Source of the DNA: an uncultured Alphaproteobacteria bacterium
GTDB taxonomy: Bacteria; Pseudomonadota; Alphaproteobacteria; HIMB59; GCA-002718135
Length of the DNA stretch: 64,000 nucleotides
Direction of reading: 5' to 3'
Assembly (NCBI GenBank): GCA_902616075.1
Contig: CACMRK010000003.1
Span: forward strand, 7,153-71,152
In this document: one piece after another, positions 9,797-19,041 of the stretch
How the letters are laid out: every line of letters begins with the position of its first letter
How positions within the stretch are numbered: position 1 is the stretch's first letter
The notes under the pieces: generated by a model
The model's database searches: none
Seen by the model: only the letters and a program-made list of their open reading frames with translations
Told to the model about the DNA's origin: nothing
Program-made: the position numbers and the translations under genes

Positions 9797-10300
9797 TTAT
9801 TTTTTACTTAAAATTTGTTCTATTTTTTCTGTAGATTGAAAATAATCTGTTTTTTCTACTGCAGCAACTTCTCTTGCCAAACGTTCTATTGCAACTTGGA
9901 ACATTTGTCTTTCACTGTATGATTGCTCAGCCTGACTACTCTTTCTAAAAAGATCTCTAACAACTTCTGCAATTTTTATAGGATCTCCAGAAAAAATCTT
10001 AGTCTCATATTCCTGTGCTCTTCTACTCCACATTATTCTTCTTATCTTCGGTTTTAATTTTAAAGTTGAGTAAACTTCTTCAATGATTTTTTTTGATGAA
10101 ATTTTTCTCAAACCAACTTCGTGTCTTTTATCTAGTGGGACCCTAATTATTAATTTTGATTGTTCCATTTTAACGACGTAGAAACTTGTTTTTATGTTAG
10201 AAATTTCCATATTTTCTATTTTTGTAATTTCACCTACACCATGTTTAGGATAGACTACAATTTCACCAATTTTAAACTCATTATTTTTTTTATTTTTCAT
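9797..10300 (-). CDS. carD: CarD-family transcriptional regulator
   Basis: FKIGEIVVYPKHGVGEI..FYVV is an N-terminal CarD/TRCF RNAP-interaction domain. The protein is 167 aa. Confidence 0.9.
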   Translation of the reverse strand: MKNKKNNEFKIGEIVVYPKHGVGEITKIENMEISNIKTSFYVVKMEQSKLIIRVPLDKRHEVGLRKISSKKIIEEVYSTLKLKPKIRRIMWSRRAQEYETKIFSGDPIKIAEVVRDLFRKSSQAEQSYSERQMFQVAIERLAREVAAVEKTDYFQSTEKIEQILSKK

Positions 10301-10633
10301 TTATCTACCTGGTTTTTCACTGAAATGTTTATTGTATTTATCATCAACATTTTGCCATTTTTCTGCATCTTTTGGAGGCGTTTTCTTTTCACTAATATTA
10401 GGCCAAATCTCTGAGTATTTTCTATTAATTTCAGCCCATTTTTCAATTCCATCTTCTGTGTCTGAAAGAATTGCTTCAACTGGGCATTCAGGCTCACACA
10501 CTCCACAGTCAATACATTCATCAGGATGTATTACAAGCATATTTTCACCCTCGTAAAAGCAATCAACGGGACAAACTTCTACACAATCCATATGTTTGCA
10601 TTTAATACATTTTTCATCAACTACGTATGTCAT
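10301..10633 (-). CDS. fdxA: ferredoxin, 7Fe type (3Fe-4S + 4Fe-4S)
   Basis: [23 protein letters not shown] and [12 protein letters not shown] are the cluster-binding motifs of FdxA-type ferredoxins. Confidence 0.9.
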   Translation of the reverse strand: MTYVVDEKCIKCKHMDCVEVCPVDCFYEGENMLVIHPDECIDCGVCEPECPVEAILSDTEDGIEKWAEINRKYSEIWPNISEKKTPPKDAEKWQNVDDKYNKHFSEKPGR

Positions 10634-10634
10634 A

Positions 10635-11084
10635 TTATTTACGATTTTTATCTAGAGCTCTTTTTCTAGCATTTCCAGAATTTACATCAGATATATAAAG
10701 TAAACCAGCCAGTCTTCTTATAAGATTTGACTCAAAATCGTGAATTTCACCATCAGACAATACAATTTCCCATAAAGCTTCTATTAGAATAAGTTTTTTA
10801 TTATCATCAAAATTCTTGTTAATAAAAGAAGTATAATGATGTAGTGACTTAGAATTATTTTTATTTTTTTCTGCTTCAGTTAATACTAAATCAACTTCTT
10901 TTGGATCCTCAGAAAAAACATTAACTAGGCTAAACTTAATTTTATCTAATTCAGCTGAATCAATTTGACCATCTGTATACGCTGCTTCAATCATTAATCC
11001 ACAAAGTAATTCTAAATTTTTATAATCATCTTTTTCATTTTTAGAATCATGATTATTTAAAATATTTTTTAATAAATTTATCAA
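10635..11084 (-). CDS. TerB-like (tellurite-resistance TerB / DjlA N-domain fold) protein
   Basis: 149 aa with a duplicated pattern of helices containing DG.I...E ([13 protein letters not shown] and [13 protein letters not shown]), typical of the TerB family. Confidence 0.5.
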   Translation of the reverse strand: MINLLKNILNNHDSKNEKDDYKNLELLCGLMIEAAYTDGQIDSAELDKIKFSLVNVFSEDPKEVDLVLTEAEKNKNNSKSLHHYTSFINKNFDDNKKLILIEALWEIVLSDGEIHDFESNLIRRLAGLLYISDVNSGNARKRALDKNRK

Positions 11085-11105
11085 TTTGTACCTATCTACA
11101 TACCT

Positions 11106-13646
11106 TTAAAGAAGTTTTTCTAAAACTGCAAAGGGAGAATTTGGGTCTCTTTTAATTTTTTCTTTATCATTTTTTTTATTAATTTTTTTATTTTTAATTT
11201 TTTGTTTTGTTTCTTTTTTCTTACTAGAAAGAAAATATAATTTCTTTTCATCAGAAATAGTTAAAAATTCATAACCACATAATAACATTATATCTCTTAG
11301 TTGATTGCTATTACAACCGATTGGATTCATTAGATCAGATGACTCTAAAAATGGACCTTTCTTTAATTTTTGCCTTGCCATAAAAAAAATTTTTTCAAAC
11401 ACATCTATTCTAAATACAAAATTTTGAATATTAATATATCCAATTGATTGCCAATAGTTTTTAGGCATTTTAATTTCTGATGTAAAAGATACTCTGCCAT
11501 TTGAAGGTAGTGGAAGAAAAGCATCAATGTCGTTTGGATTGAAAGTCTTCCACAAAATTGCACATAACTCTATGGGTTTTTTCTTTAATAGATTTGGTAT
11601 ATAAAAATATTTTGCTCCAATTCTAATTCCTAATTTAGATAGCTGAAGTTTGTTCTCTTGTGTAATTGTTTTTAAAGTATCTTTAAATTTATCGATTGGA
11701 TAATTTCCAAAATTTTCAAAACAATTAAAAGCAATTGCTCTAATTTCTGAATCTAAATCTTCATGTAAATTTGTATTAAGAGGATGAATTGTTTCATGTA
11801 TTTCAATTTCTAGCCATTTTTGAAGTTTTGCAGTTATCATCAGTTTATTTTCTGATGATAAATATTCAGAATTCAAGGCATCAGCAATTGGCTTATAGAC
11901 TGACCTACCTTTTTTTAATTTACCAATAGGTTCATCTCCCCAATAAATAAATGCGTCATCCTTTATTTTAGATTTACTTATATCTCCAAAGCTTATCGAA
12001 TCTAAAGGTGCTTTTAAAAAATTCTCTATCTTTTCATTAATCATATTTCTTACTGATTTTCTTATATTACTAATCGAAAAAAGAGATTGTGAAAATATTT
12101 TTTTATCTTCAAATAGATCAAAACCTTTTATAATTCCGTATTTATTATTATCTAGAAATAATTCACTATTATTTTTTATAAGTATATCTTGAAAATTTTG
12201 AAATTTTTGCTGTCCAATAAAAAATTTAGAAGAATAATCTATGAATTTATTTGTAAGACTATTATGCAATTGATCAGACAATTGATTTTCTATTTGTTGA
12301 GTTTTTTCTTTCCAGTAATATGAATTTTTAATCCAATTATGATTATTTGATATATATGTCCAAGTTCTTATTTGAGAAATTTTGATAGATAATTCGGGTA
12401 TGCCTCCATCAAAATTATTTAGCTTACTTACTTTCTTAAGTATCCATTCCTCAGGAATATTATTATTATTTTCAATTAAAATTAAATATATATCTTTTAA
12501 AAGTAGTAAATAATTGTCATTAAATAGTTTCTCAAAATCTGGTATTTGACAAATCTTCCACAATAGGTTCAAATTTTTACTTGATGTTAAAGAATTTTTT
12601 ATTTGACTGTCATTTATCAAGTTACGTAGATTAATTTCATCCAAAGCATTTTTTTTGTGAATGAAGTAATTATGTATAGGATATTTTTTTAGTGAAGATA
12701 ATAACAATTCAATTGAATTAAAATCCAAATTACTATTTCTCCAATAAATTTTTTGAATATTATCAAAATTGTGTGTTTCTATTTTTTGAATAATAAGTGG
12801 ATCTAAATTACCAGCTTCCTTAGTATAACTAAAAGTACCATCTTGTTTATATCTACCTGCTCTTCCTGCAATTTGACCTAATTCATTTGGTGCAAGATTA
12901 CGATTATATCTACCATCAAATTTTTCTAATGATGAAAAGCTTACGTGATTTATGTTAAGATTTAGACCCATACCAATGGCATCAGTAGCTACAAGATAGT
13001 CTACATTTTTGTTTTCATATACTTCAACTTGCGCATTTCTAGTTCTAGGACTTAGTGATCCTAAAACAACTGCAGTTCCTCCTTTGTGGGTTCTAATGCT
13101 TTCAGCGATTTCATAAACTTTATTAACATTAAATGCAATAATTGCAGATCTTGGTTCAAGTTTAGAAAAATTTTGTTTCCGGAGAAATGAAAGTTGAGAA
13201 AATCTTTTTTTTATCTCAATTTCAATATTAGGATAAATTTTTTTTAATATATTTTCTATATTTAATGATCCTAAAAAAATAGTTTGAAAATTACCTTTTA
13301 AATTCAAAATTCTATCAGTAAAAATATGCCCTCTTTCGTAATCAGCTGCAAGTTGTACTTCATCAATTATTACACAATCTACTGATATATTATTAGGCAT
13401 CGACTCCACAGTACAAAAAAAATATTTTGCTTCTTTAGGATAGATTTTTTCTTCACCAGTTATTAATGCTACCTTACTAAGCCCAACTTTATTTACTGCT
13501 TTGTCGTAATTCTCTCTAGCAAGTAATCTTAAGGGAAAGCCAAAAATTCCAGAGGAGTATGAGAATAATTTTTCAAAAGCTGAGTAAGTTTTACCAGTAT
13601 TAGTAGGCCCAAGTATAGCTAGTAAATTTTCATCTTCATTGGGCAT
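11106..13646 (-). CDS. superfamily-2 ATP-dependent helicase (Suv3-like core) with long C-terminal extension
   Basis: Walker A GPTNTGKT, a DEVQ box, ATDAIGMGLNL and QIAGRAGR are present. A lysine-rich tail is present. The gene sits next to fdxA and carD. Confidence 0.75.
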   Translation of the reverse strand: MPNEDENLLAILGPTNTGKTYSAFEKLFSYSSGIFGFPLRLLARENYDKAVNKVGLSKVALITGEEKIYPKEAKYFFCTVESMPNNISVDCVIIDEVQLAADYERGHIFTDRILNLKGNFQTIFLGSLNIENILKKIYPNIEIEIKKRFSQLSFLRKQNFSKLEPRSAIIAFNVNKVYEIAESIRTHKGGTAVVLGSLSPRTRNAQVEVYENKNVDYLVATDAIGMGLNLNINHVSFSSLEKFDGRYNRNLAPNELGQIAGRAGRYKQDGTFSYTKEAGNLDPLIIQKIETHNFDNIQKIYWRNSNLDFNSIELLLSSLKKYPIHNYFIHKKNALDEINLRNLINDSQIKNSLTSSKNLNLLWKICQIPDFEKLFNDNYLLLLKDIYLILIENNNNIPEEWILKKVSKLNNFDGGIPELSIKISQIRTWTYISNNHNWIKNSYYWKEKTQQIENQLSDQLHNSLTNKFIDYSSKFFIGQQKFQNFQDILIKNNSELFLDNNKYGIIKGFDLFEDKKIFSQSLFSISNIRKSVRNMINEKIENFLKAPLDSISFGDISKSKIKDDAFIYWGDEPIGKLKKGRSVYKPIADALNSEYLSSENKLMITAKLQKWLEIEIHETIHPLNTNLHEDLDSEIRAIAFNCFENFGNYPIDKFKDTLKTITQENKLQLSKLGIRIGAKYFYIPNLLKKKPIELCAILWKTFNPNDIDAFLPLPSNGRVSFTSEIKMPKNYWQSIGYINIQNFVFRIDVFEKIFFMARQKLKKGPFLESSDLMNPIGCNSNQLRDIMLLCGYEFLTISDEKKLYFLSSKKKETKQKIKNKKINKKNDKEKIKRDPNSPFAVLEKLL

Positions 13647-13650
13647 AAAA

Positions 13651-16293
13651 TTATGCAGCGTCTGAAATTATTTCATTTAAAACGTAGTTTAAAATTCCTC
13701 CAGCTTTATAATATTCCAGTTCTTTATTTGTGTCTATTCTGCATTTTAAGTTTATACTTCTACTTGCTTCAGAATTAATTTCGCAATTAAGTTCAATTCC
13801 TGGTTTTAGTTTAGACAGTCCAAATATAGATATACTTTCTTCACCTCCAATATTTAGATTCATTTTGTTTTGATTATTCATAAATTCAAGAGGTAAAACT
13901 CCCATTCCAATTAAATTTGATCTATGAATTCTTTCAAAACTCTCAGCAATTACTGCTCTTACACCTAAAAGTCTTGTACCTTTTGCTGCCCAATCTCTAG
14001 ACGAACCTGTGCCATATTCTTTTCCAGCTATTATAACTGTATCAATATTGCTGTTCATATATTCTTGTGCAGCATCATAAATGTACATTTGTTTGTTTGA
14101 GAGAAAAGATTTGGTATAACCTCCCTCAACATTATCTAAAATTAGATTCTTAATTCTTATGTTAGCAAAAGTTCCTCTCATCATAATTTCATGATTACCA
14201 CGTCTTGATCCATAAGAATTGAAGTTTTTAGAATTAATTTGTCTATTTGTTAAATAAAGACCAGCTGGACTATCTTCTTTAATACTTCCAGCAGGAGAAA
14301 TATGATCCGTTGTTACACTATCACCTAATAATACTAATATTCTTGCATTCTTTATGTCATTTAGTTCAAATTTATTTTGCGTATCAAAATAAGGTGGATG
14401 TTTTATGTAAGTACTAGCATCATTCCAATCATATGTGGTATTTTGAGTATTATTAATTGATTTCCAATTATCGTCTCCTTTATAAATTTCTTTATATCTT
14501 TGTTTAAACATTTCTGGGGTTAAACATAAGCTGAGTGTTTGATGGATTTCAGTATTTGATGGCCATAAATCTTTTAAAAATATTTCTTTACCAGATTTTG
14601 ATTTACCTATTGGATCTCTTGCAAGGTTAATATTAATATTACCTGCAATAGCGTAAGCGACAACAAGAGGGGGAGAGGCAAGAAAATTAGCTTTTACTTC
14701 TTGGTGTACTCTTCCTTCAAAGTTTCTATTACCAGATAAAACAGAACAAACAGTTAAATTATTTTTTCTAACTTCATTAGATACCCATTCATCTAAAGGT
14801 CCAGAATTGCCAATACAAGTTGTACATCCGTAGCCTACAGTGTTAAAACCAAGAATATCAAGGTATTCTGTTAATCCAGCTTTATCAAGATAATCGCTAA
14901 CAACTTTGCTTCCTGGTGCTAGACTCGTTTTAACCCAAGGTTTAACCTCTAAACCTAAATCAATTGCCTTTTTAGCCACTAACCCGGCTGCAATCATTAC
15001 GTTAGGATTGGATGTATTTGTACAACTTGTAATTGCAGCTATTACTATATCACCTGTATTTAATTTATTTTCAATTACACTTTCATTGTTATCTATCTTT
15101 TTAAATGCAGTTGGCACTTCTTTTAAAAGAATTTTATCTTGAGGCCTTTTAGGACCTGCAAGGGTAGGTTCAACGTTATCTAAATCTAATAATATTACAT
15201 CAGAATAATGAGGGGCATAGTTTTCATCTGCCCAAAGAGTTTGTTTTTTTGAATATTCTTTGACAATATTGAGATGTTCGATTTCTTTACCAGTTAATTT
15301 TAGGTAATTAATTGTTTCCTCGTCTGTTGGAAAAAATCCACAAGTCGCTCCATACTCTGGAGCCATATTAGAAATTGTTGCTCTATCAGCTAAAGATAAA
15401 TTCTTTAAACCAGTCCCATAAAATTCAACAAACTTACCAACTACACCTTTGTCTCTGAGAATTTTAGTAATAGATAAAACTAAATCAGTTGCTGTAATTC
15501 CCTCATTCAATGATCCTTTAATTTCAAAACCAATAACATCCGGAATATTCATTGAAATTGCTTGTCCTAGCATTGCTGCCTCTGCTTCTATTCCTCCAAC
15601 TCCCCAACCTAAAACGGAAAGTGCGTTAACCATTGTTGTATGACTATCTGTTCCTACAACTGAATCTGGGAATAAATAGTTTTGATTATCAATTTTCTTC
15701 AACCAAATAGTCTTAGCTATATTTTCCAAATTTACTTGATGACAAATTCCCGCTCCAGGTGGCACAAGGTAGAAATTGTCAAATGAACTTTGACCCCATT
15801 TAAGAAATTCATATCTTTCTTTATTTCTATCAAATTCTTTTCTAACGTTTTCTTTTAAAGCATTATTATCTTTATAATTATCTACCATAACAGAATGATC
15901 TATAACGAGATCTACCCTTGATAATGGGTTAATTTTTTTTGGCTCTATTCCTTTTGATTTTAATGCATTTCGCATAGCAGCAAGGTCAGCAACAGCAGGT
16001 ACACCGGTGAAGTCTTGCATTAGAACACGAGTTGGGAAAAAAGCTATTTCAATCTTTTCTTCTTTTTTATTAGGTTGTTCTAATGAAGAAAAAATTTTTG
16101 CAATCATATCTTTAGTAATATTCTCTCCATCTTCGTTTCTAAGAAGATTTTCAATTATTATTTTAATAGAAATTGGAACTTTACTAAGATCTATTGCAAA
16201 ATACTCAGCAGCTTTATTTAAATCAAAATATTTGAACTTTTGACCATTTATTTCAATTATATCTTCTGAATTGAAAGAATTTATGTTTTTCAT
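13651..16293 (-). CDS. acnA: aconitate hydratase A
   Basis: 880 aa. GTDSHTTM, ITSCTNTSNP, GCTTCIGNSG and the swivel-domain SGSSRDWAAKG motifs are all present. Confidence 0.95.
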   Translation of the reverse strand: MKNINSFNSEDIIEINGQKFKYFDLNKAAEYFAIDLSKVPISIKIIIENLLRNEDGENITKDMIAKIFSSLEQPNKKEEKIEIAFFPTRVLMQDFTGVPAVADLAAMRNALKSKGIEPKKINPLSRVDLVIDHSVMVDNYKDNNALKENVRKEFDRNKERYEFLKWGQSSFDNFYLVPPGAGICHQVNLENIAKTIWLKKIDNQNYLFPDSVVGTDSHTTMVNALSVLGWGVGGIEAEAAMLGQAISMNIPDVIGFEIKGSLNEGITATDLVLSITKILRDKGVVGKFVEFYGTGLKNLSLADRATISNMAPEYGATCGFFPTDEETINYLKLTGKEIEHLNIVKEYSKKQTLWADENYAPHYSDVILLDLDNVEPTLAGPKRPQDKILLKEVPTAFKKIDNNESVIENKLNTGDIVIAAITSCTNTSNPNVMIAAGLVAKKAIDLGLEVKPWVKTSLAPGSKVVSDYLDKAGLTEYLDILGFNTVGYGCTTCIGNSGPLDEWVSNEVRKNNLTVCSVLSGNRNFEGRVHQEVKANFLASPPLVVAYAIAGNININLARDPIGKSKSGKEIFLKDLWPSNTEIHQTLSLCLTPEMFKQRYKEIYKGDDNWKSINNTQNTTYDWNDASTYIKHPPYFDTQNKFELNDIKNARILVLLGDSVTTDHISPAGSIKEDSPAGLYLTNRQINSKNFNSYGSRRGNHEIMMRGTFANIRIKNLILDNVEGGYTKSFLSNKQMYIYDAAQEYMNSNIDTVIIAGKEYGTGSSRDWAAKGTRLLGVRAVIAESFERIHRSNLIGMGVLPLEFMNNQNKMNLNIGGEESISIFGLSKLKPGIELNCEINSEASRSINLKCRIDTNKELEYYKAGGILNYVLNEIISDAA

Positions 16294-16530
16294 GCTAAAA
16301 TCAATAAATAATTATATAAATTAAATAATATGAAGACAAATTTTTGTATAGCAAAATGTTTATTTATTATTAGATTTCTGCCAAAAAATATAAAACTAAG
16401 TTTATAATTTTTTTTTTAAGTTTTTCAAAAAATAATAAATTGAATATAAAATCAAATTAATTTTAAAATATTGGTATATTGTTGACTTTAATCGTAAGTT
16501 TTGGGAATAAATGATCAGCCTTTTATAATT

Positions 16531-16590
16531 ATCACTATGGTGATAATGGAGGGAGGTTCCTCCGGGGTAACAAAATACAAGGAGTATTTT
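16531..16590 (+). promoter_or_regulatory. structured 5' leader with SD and candidate anti-SD elements
   Basis: ATCAC-TATG-GTGAT hairpin at 16531-16544. GGAGG (16548-16552) can pair with CCTCC (16559-16563). CCTCC is also complementary to the SD AAGGAG (16579-16584), which lies 6 nt before ATG 16591. Confidence 0.3.
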
Positions 16591-16767
16591 ATGGCTAAGA
16601 AGAAAAAGAAAGCTGCTCCAAAGAAAAAGAAAAAAGCAGCTCCTAAGAAAAAGAAAAAAGCAGCTCCTAAAAAGAAAAAGAAAAAAGCTGCTCCTAAGAA
16701 AAAGAAAAAAGCAGCTCCTAAAAAGAAAAAGAAAAAAGCTGCTAAAAAGAAGAAAAAGAGAAGATAG
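16591..16767 (+). CDS. 58-aa lysine/alanine/proline repeat protein (histone H1-like / polycationic)
   Basis: ATG at 16591 is preceded by AAGGAG. The product is MAKKKKKAAP(KKKKKAAP)n...KKKKKRR and uses only M, A, K, P and R. The ORF-track start at 16501 is a TTG extension without an SD. Confidence 0.6.
   Translation: MAKKKKKAAPKKKKKAAPKKKKKAAPKKKKKKAAPKKKKKAAPKKKKKKAAKKKKKRR
16597..16760 (+). repeat. in-frame tandem repeat, 24/27-nt units (AAGAAAAAGAAAAAAGCAGCTCCT-like), about 6 copies
   Basis: Direct reading shows repeated aagaaaaagaaa(aaa)gc(a/t)gctcc(a/t)aa(g/a) units. These encode the KKKKK(K)AAP repeats. Confidence 0.85.
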
Positions 16768-16834
16768 TAATACTTCGATTTTTCAAGAAAACTTTAATTT
16801 AAAGTTTTCTTTTTCTTATCTTTTTCAAAAAGAT

Positions 16835-16860
16835 AAAACGGGGTTCTGCCCCGTTTTTTT
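16835..16860 (+). terminator. rho-independent terminator
   Basis: AAAACGGGG-TTCTG-CCCCGTTTT forms a 9-bp stem followed by a T-run to 16860. Two AT-rich perfect hairpins precede it (16786-16810 and 16816-16836). Confidence 0.7.
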
Positions 16861-16895
16861 ATTGTTTTATATCAAAAAGTAATTAGATCTTAATA

Positions 16896-17501
16896 ATGTT
16901 AATTGTTAAGGATTTATCAATAGAAAGACTAGATAAAAAAATATTTGAAAATATTAGTTTATCTCTTGCACCTGGAAATATTACTATTCTAAAAGGTAAA
17001 AATGGTTCTGGTAAAACTACCTTACTAAAGGCAATATTAAACTTAATAGAGCCCTCTTTTGGATCAATATATTGGAAAGGAAAATTGTTAAAAAAAAATT
17101 TATATGATTTCTATAATAATGTTACTTATATTTCTGATACAACATCAAGTTTAAAAAAATTAACCCTGGCAGATAATATAAATATTTGGAAAAAATTTTT
17201 TATTTCAAATATAAATGATACTCAAATTGAAATAGCATTAAAAACCTTAAAATTAGATAATTATTTAGATAAAAAAGTTGGAACATTATCTTTTGGTGAA
17301 ACTAAAAAATTAGAATTTTTAAGATTAATTATAGAAAACAAAAATGTTTGGGTTTTAGATGAACCACTTTCAAATTTAGATGATGATTCAATTGAATTAA
17401 TGAAACAAACTTTTGAAGATCATTGTGAAAAGCAAGGTTCTATAATTTTCAGTTCACACCAAAATCCAGGAATTTACGTAACAGAAGAAATGCAATTATA
17501 A
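16896..17501 (+). CDS. ccmA: heme exporter ATP-binding protein CcmA
   Basis: Walker A GKNGSGKTT, signature LSFGETKK and Walker B VWVLDEP are present. It is the first gene of the ccm operon. Confidence 0.85.
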   Translation: MLIVKDLSIERLDKKIFENISLSLAPGNITILKGKNGSGKTTLLKAILNLIEPSFGSIYWKGKLLKKNLYDFYNNVTYISDTTSSLKKLTLADNINIWKKFFISNINDTQIEIALKTLKLDNYLDKKVGTLSFGETKKLEFLRLIIENKNVWVLDEPLSNLDDDSIELMKQTFEDHCEKQGSIIFSSHQNPGIYVTEEMQL

Positions 17502-17503
17502 TA

Positions 17504-18175
17504 ATGAAATTTTTAAAAAAAATAATTTTCTTTTATTACAGAGAATACAAATTAAATATGAGTGGAGTTCAAGATATTTTAACAAATATCGTTTTCTTTT
17601 TCTTATCAGTATTTATTTTTATTTTTTCTATTGGACCAGATAAGGAAACAATTTCTACGGTAGGAGTAGCTATAGTTTGGACATTATTATTATTAAGTTC
17701 AACTTTATCTCTAAGAAAATTTTATCAAGATGACTTTGAGAATGGTAATTTATTAATTATACATCTAAATGGGTTTAGTTTTGGTTTCATTACTATTTTA
17801 AAAACTTTTTCACATTTTTTGTTTGTACAGGTACCTTTTCTATTATCTATACCGATTGCTTGTATCTTACTAAACATTCCAAATGATAAACTCTTATACT
17901 TGTTTACAAGTTTTGGCATAGGGTCACTTACTCTATCCTGCTTAGGTTCAATTTCGTCTTCAATGAACCTAATGAATCAAAGAAATTTTCTGCTGGGTAG
18001 TGTCATAGTAATGATTTTTAGTGTACCAATTATTATTTTTTCAGTAGGTATTATTAATATGGCGCAGAACTTTAATTCTCTTATAAACATATTATTTGGA
18101 ATATTATTAATAGTTTTTGCTATAAATCCATGGGCAAGTGGATTATGTCTTAAACTTTCAATAGAAAATAATTAA
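17504..18175 (+). CDS. ccmB: heme exporter membrane protein CcmB
   Basis: 223-aa polytopic membrane protein located between ccmA and ccmC. Confidence 0.8.
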   Translation: MKFLKKIIFFYYREYKLNMSGVQDILTNIVFFFLSVFIFIFSIGPDKETISTVGVAIVWTLLLLSSTLSLRKFYQDDFENGNLLIIHLNGFSFGFITILKTFSHFLFVQVPFLLSIPIACILLNIPNDKLLYLFTSFGIGSLTLSCLGSISSSMNLMNQRNFLLGSVIVMIFSVPIIIFSVGIINMAQNFNSLINILFGILLIVFAINPWASGLCLKLSIENN

Positions 18176-18176
18176 T

Positions 18177-18875
18177 ATGAAGTTCTTAGTTAACCCTAGT
18201 AAATTTAATGAGATAGCTGATTATATTTTTAAACCAGTTCTGGTTTTATCTATCTTATTTTTTGCATTAGGATTATTGTTTTCTTTTTATCTATCACCAG
18301 ATGATTATCAGCAAGGATCAACAGTAAGAATAATGTATGTACATGTTCCAAGTGCATGGTTAGCTTTACTAACTTATGCAATAATGACCTTTTATAGTAT
18401 TGCGGCACTTGCTTTTAGAATGCCCTTTGGTTTTATTTTTAATACAGCAGTAGCTCCAATTGGAGCAATTTTTACTTTGATATGTATTATAAGTGGATCT
18501 TTATGGGGAAAACCAATGTGGGGGACTTGGTGGGTATGGGATGCGCGTTTAACTTCTGTTGCGATACTTTTCATTATTTATCTAATTATAATTTTTATAA
18601 ATTTATCTTTTGAAAATAGGGTTGTGAGAGAAAAGGTTGTTGCTATATTTGTTATTGTAGGATCAGTAAATCTGCCAATAATTAAATTTTCTGTCGATTG
18701 GTGGAATACTCTACATCAACCTGCAACAATAAGTAAATTAGCAAAACCTAGCATTGATCCTTCAATGATGACACCTTTAATAATCATGACATTTGCATTT
18801 ATGATGATTGGAGTAGCAATAGCTATTTTAAGAATAAAAACAGAGATAATTTCAAGAAAATCTAATCTAAGTTAA
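18177..18875 (+). CDS. ccmC: heme exporter protein CcmC
   Basis: The tryptophan-rich WGKPMWGTWWVWDARL motif (WWD domain) is present, with flanking His residues. Confidence 0.9.
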   Translation: MKFLVNPSKFNEIADYIFKPVLVLSILFFALGLLFSFYLSPDDYQQGSTVRIMYVHVPSAWLALLTYAIMTFYSIAALAFRMPFGFIFNTAVAPIGAIFTLICIISGSLWGKPMWGTWWVWDARLTSVAILFIIYLIIIFINLSFENRVVREKVVAIFVIVGSVNLPIIKFSVDWWNTLHQPATISKLAKPSIDPSMMTPLIIMTFAFMMIGVAIAILRIKTEIISRKSNLS

Positions 18876-18936
18876 TTTGTGACTTTTAGTCCATTGGATT
18901 AAGTATCATTCCTAAATATTTTTGTTATTAAACACT

Positions 18937-19041
18937 ATGTATTTTTGGTATATTTTTGGATCTTATTTTACAGCCTTTCTTTTAATTTTTTTGTTATTAT
19001 CTTTTAGTTACTTAAAATTTAGAAGAATAAAAAGTAAATGA
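18937..19041 (+). CDS. ccmD: heme exporter protein CcmD (34 aa, below ORF-track cutoff)
   Basis: Hand-read: MYFWYIFGSYFTAFLLIFLLLSFSYLKFRRIKSK. It has one TM helix and a basic tail. Its stop overlaps the ccmE start in ATGA, and it occupies the canonical position between ccmC and ccmE. Confidence 0.65.
   Translation: MYFWYIFGSYFTAFLLIFLLLSFSYLKFRRIKSK

Noticed and set aside
11106-13646. 846-aa helicase next to a TerB-like gene as a possible anti-phage defence module
   Set aside because: It sits inside the fdxA-carD-rpoH housekeeping cluster. No nuclease, methylase or other defence partner is present. The Suv3-like core points to RNA metabolism.
16501-16590. N-terminal extension (MGINDQPFIIITMVIMEGGSSGVTKYKEYF) of the K/A-repeat ORF
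   Set aside because: It begins at a TTG with no Shine-Dalgarno sequence. The internal ATG at 16591 has AAGGAG at ideal spacing. The extension is better explained as a structured untranslated leader.
16597-16760. Tandem repeat as a CRISPR array or non-coding satellite
   Set aside because: The units are contiguous with no spacers. They stay in frame, differ only at synonymous positions, and are preceded by an SD and ATG and followed by a terminator. This is a coding repeat. No CRISPR-like repeat-spacer structure exists anywhere in the window.
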